From a virus, in IMG/VR virus record IMGVR_UViG_3300032323_003754, positions 19,214 through 83,213 of that record: DNA of 64,000 nt; one strand, 5' to 3'. This document shows, piece after piece, positions 41,104 to 50,876 of this stretch. The translations under genes and the position numbers were made by a program. Numbering within the stretch: the first letter of the stretch is position 1; every line of letters starts with the position of its first letter. The notes under the pieces are model-generated. The model searched no databases, was not told the DNA's origin, and saw only the letters and a list, made by a program, of their open reading frames with translations.

Positions 41104-43440
41104 ATGTCAAGTTTCACCTATACCAGTAAATTCTTTAGTCTAGCTCCTTATTTATTAATGGAGTACAGGTACGGTAGTCAGCCTAATCCTGAATTTCATC
41201 CCGTAAGCTTCGGAGCATCTGCGGTTGGGTTTGAAAAGATAACCAATGGATATTTAAACGGAGCAGTTCAAATCCTTAATAGAGACGAGGATACACAAAC
41301 TACAGGAAACGTAAGGGATAGGAGTTCAGTTCAAATCTCCCAAAACACCTTTGTTAGACTCGATATTGATAGATCTGTCCAGTATTTAGATTATGATGAT
41401 AAATTAACTAATGTATCAAATCTACCGGTAGCATTTGAAAGCAATCTAAACGTTTATTATGATACCGTAAGATATCACTTTTTAAGCGGATTTGATTTTG
41501 GAGCCAGGGACGGAGCTATTCTACAAATTCAATTTTCCGAAAGAAATGGTAAGAAATCTACAGTTTCCCAAATAACATACGAAAAAGGGGATATTGATAT
41601 TACTACACCAAATCCTACCCCTATTTATTTTAATGCTGGTATTTACGATCATTTTATAGAAGTAAAGATCCCATCATATTCACAGATAACTTATGAGTAT
41701 GACACCCAGGTAAATGCTGCTACTGCATCACAAACTACTGCTGCTAAAATAAGCTCTGACGGATCTGGATTTATTAGAAATCAGCCATTTAATGTTACTC
41801 TATTTGAAATAGAATCTACTCAGGATTTAAATGGGTTCTATTATTACCAGACATCCATAAATAGTATAGCTACTATAACTCCTACGGACGAGTATTCTGA
41901 ATTAGCAGCTAACGTAACGGAAAACACAGATTTTGATTACTTCGAATATTATCCTAGCTGGAAAGGTAATTTTATCGAGGATTTCATTTATACTGAAAGT
42001 TCACTTGGAAATATCTATTACATAATACATGACGTAGAGCTGCTTGAGCAGGTTGGATTGAGAAGAATTTCAACACAAAAAATTCAAGTACTTCAGGATA
42101 AGGATTTTAATGCACCATATATTTATAGACCAGTAGTAATGAGCCCAAAGGCAACTAGTTTTTCTATTAATTACTCTATGAGACTAGTTAATAAATTTGA
42201 CAACGTTTCTATACTAAGGGTAGCAACGCTAACAAGCACCGAGGTTGATAAGTATGGACCAGGCATTAAAAAAATCAATCTTTTAAACCAGCCTTATCCA
42301 CAGAAAGTTTATAATAAGGTTGTTGAACCTGTTGTTACCAAAGCATACACACTAAATGTTAATCCAATAGAAAGAGTAATAACTAAATACGTTCCTGCTT
42401 TCTTCGAAAGGGAAAACATAAATATTACGGAAGAGAATCTAACAATAGATAGCCTAGGCGGATTAACACAATCAACTACTTCTGATTCCACTGTCGCTTT
42501 TGGCCAGGGTAAATCCAAAATAGTAGTAAATCCGTATGATAACTATTATAAGTTTAGAATATTTACCAAGAATGATGGAAAAGAAAATACGGTATTAGAT
42601 CTTGGTACTAATTCAGACTTTTATCTAGTTTTTGAAGGAGGAGACAGCAAGACTGTTAGAATTTCAAGTTTATCCGATAGCACCTTCCAAAATCCAAATA
42701 AAGGAGAATTGGTTTTCAGAGTGGTTGAAGCGGATTCTAAAAAAATATCATCCTTTACCGAAAGAAATTTTCACATCGTTTCCAAAACAAATAATGGGAT
42801 AGAAACATCGATCTATCATGGATACTGGATACTTCCTTCGGAGAGAGATCAAAAACCGATTGCCGAACCTGTTGTTACACCAGCTCCAGCACCAACTCCT
42901 GTTGTAATAGCTTCTGTTCAAAACACAACAACACCAGTTGTCGATGTCATTCCACAGCAACCTAAAGATTACTTTGATATAAAAAATGATGCTGTAGTAT
43001 TGAATGTTGAACCTGCTGTAATTAAACAAACACCAGAGGTTCAGCCACCAGTGGTTAAGCCAAGACTTAAAGCAGATCTAGATACCCTTGCTAATCTAAT
43101 TAGCACTGATGAGTCAGCAGGAAAAAGTTTTAGTCAGATTGCAGATTACTATACCGTACCAGGAAATCCTGGAAATCTATTATATGAGGGAATAAGTGTT
43201 ACATTCTTCTTGAATGCAGTTAGGCTGGTACATCCAGATACAGATGGACAAAGAAGCACTCAATTTATCCAATACTCTAATTACCTAGGAGTAATCTATG
43301 AGCCATTTGAAAATCAGAGATATAGCGCAGGAGGCGGAGGTGGAATACCACAGTATTTCAACGATGGAGGATATGGTGTGGATAGAAGGGGATTCAACGA
43401 AAATAATGACTCAGGTCAGGGACAAACTTTTTATTTATAG
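41104..43440 (+). CDS. Hypothetical structural protein with Pro/Thr/Val-rich linker
   Basis: 778-aa ORF; EPVVTPAPAPTPVV linker. Confidence 0.55.
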   Translation: MSSFTYTSKFFSLAPYLLMEYRYGSQPNPEFHPVSFGASAVGFEKITNGYLNGAVQILNRDEDTQTTGNVRDRSSVQISQNTFVRLDIDRSVQYLDYDDKLTNVSNLPVAFESNLNVYYDTVRYHFLSGFDFGARDGAILQIQFSERNGKKSTVSQITYEKGDIDITTPNPTPIYFNAGIYDHFIEVKIPSYSQITYEYDTQVNAATASQTTAAKISSDGSGFIRNQPFNVTLFEIESTQDLNGFYYYQTSINSIATITPTDEYSELAANVTENTDFDYFEYYPSWKGNFIEDFIYTESSLGNIYYIIHDVELLEQVGLRRISTQKIQVLQDKDFNAPYIYRPVVMSPKATSFSINYSMRLVNKFDNVSILRVATLTSTEVDKYGPGIKKINLLNQPYPQKVYNKVVEPVVTKAYTLNVNPIERVITKYVPAFFERENINITEENLTIDSLGGLTQSTTSDSTVAFGQGKSKIVVNPYDNYYKFRIFTKNDGKENTVLDLGTNSDFYLVFEGGDSKTVRISSLSDSTFQNPNKGELVFRVVEADSKKISSFTERNFHIVSKTNNGIETSIYHGYWILPSERDQKPIAEPVVTPAPAPTPVVIASVQNTTTPVVDVIPQQPKDYFDIKNDAVVLNVEPAVIKQTPEVQPPVVKPRLKADLDTLANLISTDESAGKSFSQIADYYTVPGNPGNLLYEGISVTFFLNAVRLVHPDTDGQRSTQFIQYSNYLGVIYEPFENQRYSAGGGGGIPQYFNDGGYGVDRRGFNENNDSGQGQTFYL

Positions 43441-43446
43441 TAGGTT

Positions 43447-43998
43447 ATGTTATTAAACTCTAGGCAGAATGGTTTTATATTTAATTTTCCTAAAGGATTC
43501 TTCTCGGATGCTTTAGAGGAAAAATATCATGGCTATGTTAAGAGGATGCCCATTCCTTATGACACATTAAGGGATTTTATGAATTCCACAATTCAACAGG
43601 TTTCATTTCCAACGTTTCAAAGTATAGATAACGTAGAGCAAATTAGGCCAGGAGGATACAAGCAGAATTATAAAAGCTCAACAAACATACAGAATCTGAT
43701 ACAAAGAAATTTCAGTGTTAGTTTTAAACTCGGTGAGGGATTTATCAATTATTGGATTATGTACGAAAGCATTGTTAATTTCCTGGATTTCAGTAACCCA
43801 GAACAGGTTCTTCCAGATTTAACCCTAAGACTTCTTGATCACGAGGGTATAATAATGTCCACTGTTTCTTTCCAGCAACCTATATACACATCTCTGTCAG
43901 AAGCTCAGTTGAACTACTCCAGCACTACTCCTCAATTCTCAACTTTCAGTGTTGGATTTAGATGTAACTATGTAGATATTAAATTGGAGATAGGATAA
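43447..43998 (+). CDS. Tail tube-fold protein (gp3 tail completion/gp19-like)
   Basis: 183 aa; IQQVSFP..F.V.FKL.E..INYW.MYE..DLTLRLLD..F..P.SLSE..F.V.F pattern of tube-fold proteins. Confidence 0.55.
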   Translation: MLLNSRQNGFIFNFPKGFFSDALEEKYHGYVKRMPIPYDTLRDFMNSTIQQVSFPTFQSIDNVEQIRPGGYKQNYKSSTNIQNLIQRNFSVSFKLGEGFINYWIMYESIVNFLDFSNPEQVLPDLTLRLLDHEGIIMSTVSFQQPIYTSLSEAQLNYSSTTPQFSTFSVGFRCNYVDIKLEIG

Positions 43999-44829
43999 TT
44001 ATCTAAAATACCATTCCCTTATTAGGTTATAGAAATCATTATTAGGAAAATCAGCTATATTATGATTTGGAAATGATGATTTTTTAAATAGTGGATCACA
44101 GGAGTAATGTGCAAAATAGTGATTTTCCCTATTAAACCCATTTACGTTTGGAAAATATGTATTATCTTGACTTATACATTTTATTCTATTATTGTGGCAA
44201 GCAATCTGGAATGCCCACATTTGCATCCACCAACCAAAAGGACTTTCTAGATAATTTCTAGCTATTAAGATGCTTAGATCTATAACTTCTTCGATTATTT
44301 TTTTTAATGTTTTAATCCTTATTATAACAGGAACAAATCCTCCATCCATGTATTCATACTCCTTGTGTTTTAGGTATGGTTCAACAACATAGAAATTTTT
44401 CTTGGACGGATCTTTCATAAACATGTGCCAATCCTCGTACATATTACAGGTCACTACTTCTCCTTCACCTGGTAATATACCATCATATTTTTTAAGGGAA
44501 ATTACGTCGCAGTCTACTATACATAAAAATTCTTCCTCATTAAGATCTGATATTATTTGATTGATTGCAAAAAATAAATTTCCTGCGGAAAAATAAGAAT
44601 GATTATCAGATTCAGAAAGAACCGAATGTATGCCCTTTACTATTTTGTAGGGTATATTTATATTCCAGTCTACCTCTTTAACTATGTTCCCGTGCGAATT
44701 TCTATCCACTATTAACAGGGTAGAATTTAATGCTGATTGTGTACCGTATACTTTTTTTTGCGCATATTGGAATAAACTGCTTTGCCACTGAAATAACTTA
44801 TTAGGGGCTGCAACTGGAACGGTTATCAT
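43999..44829 (-). CDS. GT-A glycosyltransferase resembling plant HPAT/serine-galactosyltransferase (GT95/GT96) enzymes
   Basis: FQWQ near the N-terminus, Y..GN..FA..Q, EEFLCIVDCD (DxD), PVII..TLKKI, FGWWMQMWAF, HY..F.K. Confidence 0.65.
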   Translation of the reverse strand: MITVPVAAPNKLFQWQSSLFQYAQKKVYGTQSALNSTLLIVDRNSHGNIVKEVDWNINIPYKIVKGIHSVLSESDNHSYFSAGNLFFAINQIISDLNEEEFLCIVDCDVISLKKYDGILPGEGEVVTCNMYEDWHMFMKDPSKKNFYVVEPYLKHKEYEYMDGGFVPVIIRIKTLKKIIEEVIDLSILIARNYLESPFGWWMQMWAFQIACHNNRIKCISQDNTYFPNVNGFNRENHYFAHYSCDPLFKKSSFPNHNIADFPNNDFYNLIREWYFR

Positions 44830-44838
44830 GTAAATTTT

Positions 44839-45510
44839 TTAGATATTATTTCTTTCGACCTCATTCTTTAAAAATCTTGCTACCCAGATTGAATCGATTA
44901 TATCTTCAGTTGGTTTCTTTACAGTACCGCTTTTAGTCACCATCATTTCTTTCTTTTCCTTGATTAGGGTTATAAATTCTGAATTAACCTCTGTTTGTGA
45001 GCAAAGAGAATCGTACATGTCTATCTTTTTAAAATTTCCCTTACCTGCAAACTTTTTAATTGCAGTTGGGGAAAATACAAAAAATCTCCCCGAATCATTT
45101 CCAAGTATTTTTAGTATCTCACTTCTTAGTATTCCCGTCAGCATGGAAATATCAATAAGGCTATTTCCGGGCGAACCGAAAGAAATGCCCTCCATTCCTA
45201 TATACACATCGTCATCATCCCCTATAGATTCGATTATAGCATCCTTTATCTCATTAGCTAGAGATACGAAGTTGGATATTTTTTCCCTCTCTCTAATGTG
45301 ATATTCTTTGGATTTATCCAGCTCTTTATTTTTTAGAATCATCTTTAATTCACTGCACTCCCCGAGAAGTGTAAAGTGGTCGTTTCTGCTAAAAATCTTT
45401 TCTATATTATTGTCCGTCTTAAACACTGAGACCAAATTCACTGAATTTTCCCTCAAAATGCATATCCCGGTTGAATTTAAACTCAAATCTATTCCTATAA
45501 TTGTTTTCAT
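44839..45510 (-). CDS. RuvC-like Holliday junction resolvase
   Basis: IIGIDLSLNSTG, IGMEG, SPTAIKKFAGKGN, EDIIDS acidic RNase H-fold motifs. Confidence 0.8.
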   Translation of the reverse strand: MKTIIGIDLSLNSTGICILRENSVNLVSVFKTDNNIEKIFSRNDHFTLLGECSELKMILKNKELDKSKEYHIREREKISNFVSLANEIKDAIIESIGDDDDVYIGMEGISFGSPGNSLIDISMLTGILRSEILKILGNDSGRFFVFSPTAIKKFAGKGNFKKIDMYDSLCSQTEVNSEFITLIKEKKEMMVTKSGTVKKPTEDIIDSIWVARFLKNEVERNNI

Positions 45511-45516
45511 ATTCTT

Positions 45517-45535
45517 TATATACCTTGGATATATA
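45517..45535. promoter_or_regulatory. Back-to-back late-promoter-like motifs (GGTATATA on -, GATATATA on +)
   Basis: tatatacc at 45517-45524 and gatatata at 45528-45535, between the divergent resolvase and gp32 genes. Confidence 0.45.
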
Positions 45536-45608
45536 GATGGAACTTTTTGAGACAGTTAGGTATAACTTAGGAATCAATTTTAGTTAATTTAAAAAATTTA
45601 GAAAAAAC

Positions 45609-46595
45609 ATGGAAAATTTTGACATTTTTAGCCTGGACAACGAGGACTTCTTAAAGCCAGAACCAGCATCAACAGGAACAGGAGATGCTAACATTTACAA
45701 ACCTTATCCTGAATTAGGAAAGGACGGGGTATACAAATCCCTTATTAGATTTCTACCTAACGTAGCAAATCCTAAAAAATCCAAAATCCACAAATATTAT
45801 GTTTGGTTGAAAGACCCAGTAGACAATAGCAATTTCGTTGCAGATTGTCCTTCTACTGTTGGTAAAAAATCAATTCTGAAAGATATTTTTTGGAAATTGA
45901 AGAATTCCCCATCTGCTAAAGATCAGGAATTAGCAAAATCATTTGCTAGAAAAGAAGATTATTATTCTTTAATCCAAGTCGTTAAAGATCCTAATAAGCC
46001 TGAATTAGAGGGTAAAATTATGGTTTTTAAATTCGGTAAAAAGGTTGCAGATATGATCGAGCAACAAATTAAACCGGAATATGGTACACCATGTAATCCT
46101 TTCGATTTGTTCGAAGGTAAAAACTTTGGTGTTCATGTAAGAAAAGTTGGAGACTGGAATAATTATGACCTCTGTCAATTTGTTGGCGAAAAAGAGGGAA
46201 TCAGAATTAATGGTAAACAAGTTGAAAAAACAGATGCTGATCAAAAGCTAATCATCGATTATTTGAAAGATGGTCCACAGGATCTTGTTGAAAAATACGA
46301 TTACAAGGAATGGACAGACGAGGATAGAGATAAGATTACGTCTATTATCAGAAATATTGTACCAGACGGAAGAATGGTAGCTGAGATTCTATCAGGATCC
46401 CCTGATTCTAAACCATCATATCAAGCTGCTTCTAGTTCTAATAATCCACTTAAAAACGAAGCTAAGAAAAGTCCATCACCTGCTGACGATTTCTTCGGTG
46501 AAACCAAATCCGACGAGGAGGAAGAAGCACCAAGATCGTCTCCTAAAAAGGCAGCATCCTCAGGTAGCTTAGATGATTTATACAACGATCTTTAA
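45609..46595 (+). CDS. Single-stranded DNA-binding protein, T4 gp32-like
   Basis: IRFLP, CPSTVGK, RK..YY..IQVVKDP..PELEGKIMVFKFGKK, PFDLFEGKNF, acidic tail LDDLYNDL. Confidence 0.92.
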   Translation: MENFDIFSLDNEDFLKPEPASTGTGDANIYKPYPELGKDGVYKSLIRFLPNVANPKKSKIHKYYVWLKDPVDNSNFVADCPSTVGKKSILKDIFWKLKNSPSAKDQELAKSFARKEDYYSLIQVVKDPNKPELEGKIMVFKFGKKVADMIEQQIKPEYGTPCNPFDLFEGKNFGVHVRKVGDWNNYDLCQFVGEKEGIRINGKQVEKTDADQKLIIDYLKDGPQDLVEKYDYKEWTDEDRDKITSIIRNIVPDGRMVAEILSGSPDSKPSYQAASSSNNPLKNEAKKSPSPADDFFGETKSDEEEEAPRSSPKKAASSGSLDDLYNDL

Positions 46596-46615
46596 TATTC
46601 AAAATATGAGATCGT

Positions 46616-47668
46616 ATGCAAAAGCTAGGACTAGAAGAGGTAAAGGGTCTTGTAACTAAGATCCTGGAGAAATCTTTTCCGGGTAATTCCGGAAAGCAAA
46701 AGATCTATTCCTCTACCAACAGATTAAATTTTTCTTGTCCGTATTGCGGAGACTCAAATGATCCACGTAAAAAGAGAGGCAATCTTTATTTAGATAGCCT
46801 CTCTTTTAAATGTTATAACGGTGGATGTGGTCAATTTAGGGATTTTATTGGTTTATTATATGACCACGAACTGTCCCGTGAATTAAGTATTGAACAGCTC
46901 GAAGAAGCTAAGAACACAATCACACTTAAGAAAAGTAACAGGAGGATCTCTGCAAACGTTGATGTTTTTATTCTTGAGAATTACAAAGAGGTTTTAGTCG
47001 AAAGAGAAACTTACAAAAACAAGCTTAAACTTATAGAGTTACCAAGGCCTGTTAAAGAATATTTAACAAGCAGGAATCAGATTGTGGATGAAAGATATCT
47101 TTATTGCCCTATTAAAAAGTCAATACACATTCTAAATCTAACATCCGATGGTAAGTATATACTAGGACTACAGCTTAGAAACATGAAAAAGAATGCGGTT
47201 AACAAGTACTTCACTTACAAGCTAAGTGGTATACATAAGAACTTGCTAAGGAATTTTGATCCCGCCATTATATCAAAGGCAGAGGAGCTTGATCCTATTT
47301 CTTTGGTGTTTGGGTTTTCAACTGTCAACCTAGATGAAACAGTTACTATCTTTGAAGGACCTCTGGATTCATTTCTTTTTCCTAATGCTGTTGCACTTTG
47401 TTCTATCAATAATCCATTTCCGTTTGACATACCAAACAAAAGATGGTTCTATGACGGAGATGAAGCTGGAAGGGATGCTCTTAGAAAAAAATTATCGATA
47501 GGTGACACAGTATTTCTCTGGGACAAATTTATAAAAGAAAATGATTTACCAGAAAGAGATAAATGGGATTTGAACGATCTAGTAAATTATCTTAGAGAAT
47601 CTGGAAAGAAAATCAAAAGATTAGAAAAATATTTTAGCAACGAACAATGGGATTTAATTGGAATTTAA
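46616..47668 (+). CDS. DNA primase, T4 gp61-like
   Basis: Zn finger CPYCGDS..RG..FKCYNGGC; TOPRIM FEGPLDS, YDGDEAG, DLND. Confidence 0.9.
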   Translation: MQKLGLEEVKGLVTKILEKSFPGNSGKQKIYSSTNRLNFSCPYCGDSNDPRKKRGNLYLDSLSFKCYNGGCGQFRDFIGLLYDHELSRELSIEQLEEAKNTITLKKSNRRISANVDVFILENYKEVLVERETYKNKLKLIELPRPVKEYLTSRNQIVDERYLYCPIKKSIHILNLTSDGKYILGLQLRNMKKNAVNKYFTYKLSGIHKNLLRNFDPAIISKAEELDPISLVFGFSTVNLDETVTIFEGPLDSFLFPNAVALCSINNPFPFDIPNKRWFYDGDEAGRDALRKKLSIGDTVFLWDKFIKENDLPERDKWDLNDLVNYLRESGKKIKRLEKYFSNEQWDLIGI

Positions 47669-47874
47669 CAAAGGAGGAAATCGAGGCAATAGAACATAAA
47701 AAATCTTTGCTGAAAGTTCCAGTATCATACATGGTAGATTCTGATCTGGAAATACCAGATCTTGAAAATAATTTTACACCTAATGAGGTAAAGGTATCTA
47801 AAAGATTAAAGACTGAAGTTGTTGATATAAAGAAAAATAAAACTAAAAATAAAAGTAATAAACTGTATGAGTAG
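47647..47874 (+). CDS. Hypothetical protein
   Basis: 75-aa ORF overlapping both neighbours. Confidence 0.5.
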   Translation: MGFNWNLTKEEIEAIEHKKSLLKVPVSYMVDSDLEIPDLENNFTPNEVKVSKRLKTEVVDIKKNKTKNKSNKLYE

Positions 47875-48313
47875 CGAACCACAATCAGAAATGGAATCAC
47901 AGTTTGGAGAAGAAAGATCTGAATGGACCGAAAGAGTAAGAGAACTTTCTATCAGAATGAAAAACATCAGAGAAATCGGGGAGGTTCAGGTTGAACTTTA
48001 TTCTGATCGTCAAAGGCTCTTAGAATACGCATACAAACTTGGACAGATCCTTACTAGATTAAATAGTAAGTATAGAGCTGAGCGTAGAACTAAAATGGTT
48101 TATTATTCCGAAGAACATAACACAAGATATGGAGCCAACGAAAAAACATCGCTGATTGATGGAGATTTAGCGGACATAAAAAGAAAGATAGATTTAGTTG
48201 ACAATCACATGAGTTTTGTGAATGAGACAACAAAAACTGTCGACCATATGTTATATGGTATAAAATCCAGAATTTCGCTTGAAGAATTCATGCGCGGAGG
48301 AGGATTAAAATAA
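47867..48313 (+). CDS. uvsY: Recombination mediator, UvsY-like
   Basis: 148-aa helical protein ending YGIKSRISLEEFMRGG, directly upstream of the UvsW-like gene. Confidence 0.65.
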   Translation: MSSEPQSEMESQFGEERSEWTERVRELSIRMKNIREIGEVQVELYSDRQRLLEYAYKLGQILTRLNSKYRAERRTKMVYYSEEHNTRYGANEKTSLIDGDLADIKRKIDLVDNHMSFVNETTKTVDHMLYGIKSRISLEEFMRGGGLK

Positions 48314-48322
48314 AAACATTAA

Positions 48323-49864
48323 ATGTTAAAATTTATAGTATCTGAAGACCTTCAATGGTTAATTTTACAAGACTATGATGAAGAGGTTGACCGAAAACAA
48401 CTTGAAATATCTTTAACCAGAAAAATACACAATCATTTTTTTCACCCCTTAGTGAAGAAAAAACATTGGGATGGTGCAATATGCTTTGTAGATAAAAGAG
48501 GACCGTTCTGGAAGGTTCCTTCTGGATTATGGAGTGAGGTATTCGATATATGCGAGAAGTATAAGATAGAATGCGAAATACTAGGACTTGATAAGATTGT
48601 AGATGGAAATTTATCTCTGGAAGAATTTACTCAATGGGCTAATGAATTTTTTGCTGATAAGGAATTAAAGCCAAGAGACTACCAAATAGAAGCTGCTTGG
48701 AAAATTGTTAAATTCAGATTCTCCTGCTTAGAAATTGCAACATCATCAGGAAAAACTCTTATTGCATTTATTGTACTTGCTTATCTGAAGAATGTAAGGG
48801 GTATAAATAAATTCTTGATGATCGTTCCGAATACGACACTGATCATACAGGGATCTGAAGACTTCGAGGGATATGGATTAAAAGAATTAGACAACTGTGA
48901 TATCCAATTAATACACGGAGGAAATAAAAATAAAATCTCCGGAGGTTTAATGATCGGAACATATCAGTCTCTCGTTAAACAAGACGATGATTTTTTTGAT
49001 GGCGTTGAAGCTATCTTTGTTGACGAATCACACCAGTCACACTCTAAATCAATCAAGGAAGTTATATCAAAGTGTAAGGACTCTAGATATAGATTTGGTC
49101 TTTCCGGTACATTAACCAATAGAAATACAGCAGAACATTTAACCATCCAACAGTATCTTGGACCATTAACTATGGAGATTAGTCCTAAGTTTCTGTTTGA
49201 TAATAAGTACGCAACCCCAGTCGCTATTAAAATAGTAAAGATGGATTGGTTAGATGAAAATCTAAAACAAAAATTATACGAGCTAAGAAGCAACAAAAAC
49301 AGTAAGGACACGGAGAAACTCGAGGGAAGCGAAATATTTACTGTTGAAAGAAAACTTGTAATCTCTTCTGACAAAAGATTAAAGTATATTGTAGATTTTA
49401 TTGCCAAAACAAGCAAAAATTCTCTCGTACTTTTTCAGTCAGTTGGAGAGGGATACGGAAAAAGAATATATGAGTATTTAAGAGAGATTCAGGCGGATAA
49501 GGAGGTTTTTTATATAGACGGAGATACTGAGCCCGAAAGAAGAGATTATTATAAGACAAAGTTGGAAGAGGGAGCTAATAAGGTGATGGTAGCTAGCTTT
49601 GGTACACTTAGTACGGGGGTTTCCGTTAAGAATATCCATAATATATTCCTTGTTGAATCTTACAAATCCGAGGTTTTGATTAAACAAAGTCTAGGAAGAG
49701 GAATGAGATTGTATGAGGGAAAGGAAAGGGTTAACATTATCGATTTCGTTGACGATTTCTCCTATAATGGATCAATGAATTATCTAATGAAGCATTCTTT
49801 AGAAAGAATTGAGATCTACAAAAGGGAGAAGTTCGAATATAAGATATATGACGTTACTCTTTAG
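48323..49864 (+). CDS. uvsW: SF2 DNA helicase, UvsW-like
   Basis: PRDYQ, ATSSGKT, VDESH, GLSGT, QSLGRGMR, IIDFVDD. Confidence 0.92.
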   Translation: MLKFIVSEDLQWLILQDYDEEVDRKQLEISLTRKIHNHFFHPLVKKKHWDGAICFVDKRGPFWKVPSGLWSEVFDICEKYKIECEILGLDKIVDGNLSLEEFTQWANEFFADKELKPRDYQIEAAWKIVKFRFSCLEIATSSGKTLIAFIVLAYLKNVRGINKFLMIVPNTTLIIQGSEDFEGYGLKELDNCDIQLIHGGNKNKISGGLMIGTYQSLVKQDDDFFDGVEAIFVDESHQSHSKSIKEVISKCKDSRYRFGLSGTLTNRNTAEHLTIQQYLGPLTMEISPKFLFDNKYATPVAIKIVKMDWLDENLKQKLYELRSNKNSKDTEKLEGSEIFTVERKLVISSDKRLKYIVDFIAKTSKNSLVLFQSVGEGYGKRIYEYLREIQADKEVFYIDGDTEPERRDYYKTKLEEGANKVMVASFGTLSTGVSVKNIHNIFLVESYKSEVLIKQSLGRGMRLYEGKERVNIIDFVDDFSYNGSMNYLMKHSLERIEIYKREKFEYKIYDVTL

Positions 49865-49872
49865 AGTATTCG

Positions 49873-49880
49873 GATATATA
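49873..49880 (+). promoter_or_regulatory. Putative phage late promoter GATATATA
   Basis: Recurrent octamer 13 nt before ATG 49894. Confidence 0.55.
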
Positions 49881-49893
49881 AAATAAAAAAGCG

Positions 49894-50571
49894 ATGAAGC
49901 ACCTTAAGCCATATGAACTTTTAGAAAGCAGCGGCAGAAATCTAAGCAATTTTTCAAGCCAAAGGTTTAAATCTATTACTGGAAATGATTCGGCCCCTGG
50001 ATTTACTGGTTGGATGCACGGCCTTCTAAAAACCATGCAAAACCGCTTTGAAGGAATGGATAATTTTTTCAAGAGCGATATTTATATGAAATCATCAACT
50101 GGTACAATAGACACCGGACTAGGCTGGCTTTTAGGAACAGCTGGATCTCTAGCAACCGGCGTTCTTGCTAAAATATTTGAACCTGGAGATTTTATATCCA
50201 AAAATCAAAATTGGGGATCAGGCAGTAGTGGTGATCCGAGTTTACCAAAATCAGAAGCTGACGTTAAGCCAGAACACCTTAGGTTAATGAATAACAAGTT
50301 TGTTAATAACGATCTACCTAATATTAATAGTGATTCTCAAATGCAGGATTATATAGGTAATTCTTACAAAAAATGGGGGGTTTCTCCTGGTCAAAGTACA
50401 GTTGCCGACGATTTGGTTGCAACTAATGCTAATACCTATTATAATAAAACTAAGGGATATCCTGTTGCTTCTAAACTACCTTCTATGGGTGATATTGGAA
50501 ATGCAGTAAGCTTAGCAGCAAATTTCATTCCAGCAGGCAGAGCAGCCAAGGTAATAAGTAAAATAACATAA
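49894..50571 (+). CDS. Hypothetical protein (possible internal virion protein)
   Basis: 225 aa; N-terminal MKHLKPYELLES motif type shared with other small ORFs. Confidence 0.6.
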   Translation: MKHLKPYELLESSGRNLSNFSSQRFKSITGNDSAPGFTGWMHGLLKTMQNRFEGMDNFFKSDIYMKSSTGTIDTGLGWLLGTAGSLATGVLAKIFEPGDFISKNQNWGSGSSGDPSLPKSEADVKPEHLRLMNNKFVNNDLPNINSDSQMQDYIGNSYKKWGVSPGQSTVADDLVATNANTYYNKTKGYPVASKLPSMGDIGNAVSLAANFIPAGRAAKVISKIT

Positions 50572-50580
50572 AATAAATAA

Positions 50581-50850
50581 ATGAAAAAAGTATCACAAAT
50601 CCAAGAAAACCTTAAGGTTCAGAGTGCACACGCTATCTCTAAAATGGATGAAGCAAATAAGTACCTAAACTTTGCTAAGAAGTATTACAAGAAGCATGGT
50701 GTTTCCGGTCCGTTTGATGAGAAGTTCAAAGGAGATAAAAAGGCTCAAGAAAAATTCATGGAAGAATTAGGAAAGGCCTGGGCAGACTATAAAAAAGAAC
50801 ACAACATCTCAACGGGTGCAGGTAGCAAACCTTGGGACAAGAAAAAATAG
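50581..50850 (+). CDS. Hypothetical basic protein
   Basis: 89-aa Lys-rich ORF. Confidence 0.6.
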   Translation: MKKVSQIQENLKVQSAHAISKMDEANKYLNFAKKYYKKHGVSGPFDEKFKGDKKAQEKFMEELGKAWADYKKEHNISTGAGSKPWDKKK

Positions 50851-50876
50851 TAGGAATTAAATCCAATACTTATTTT

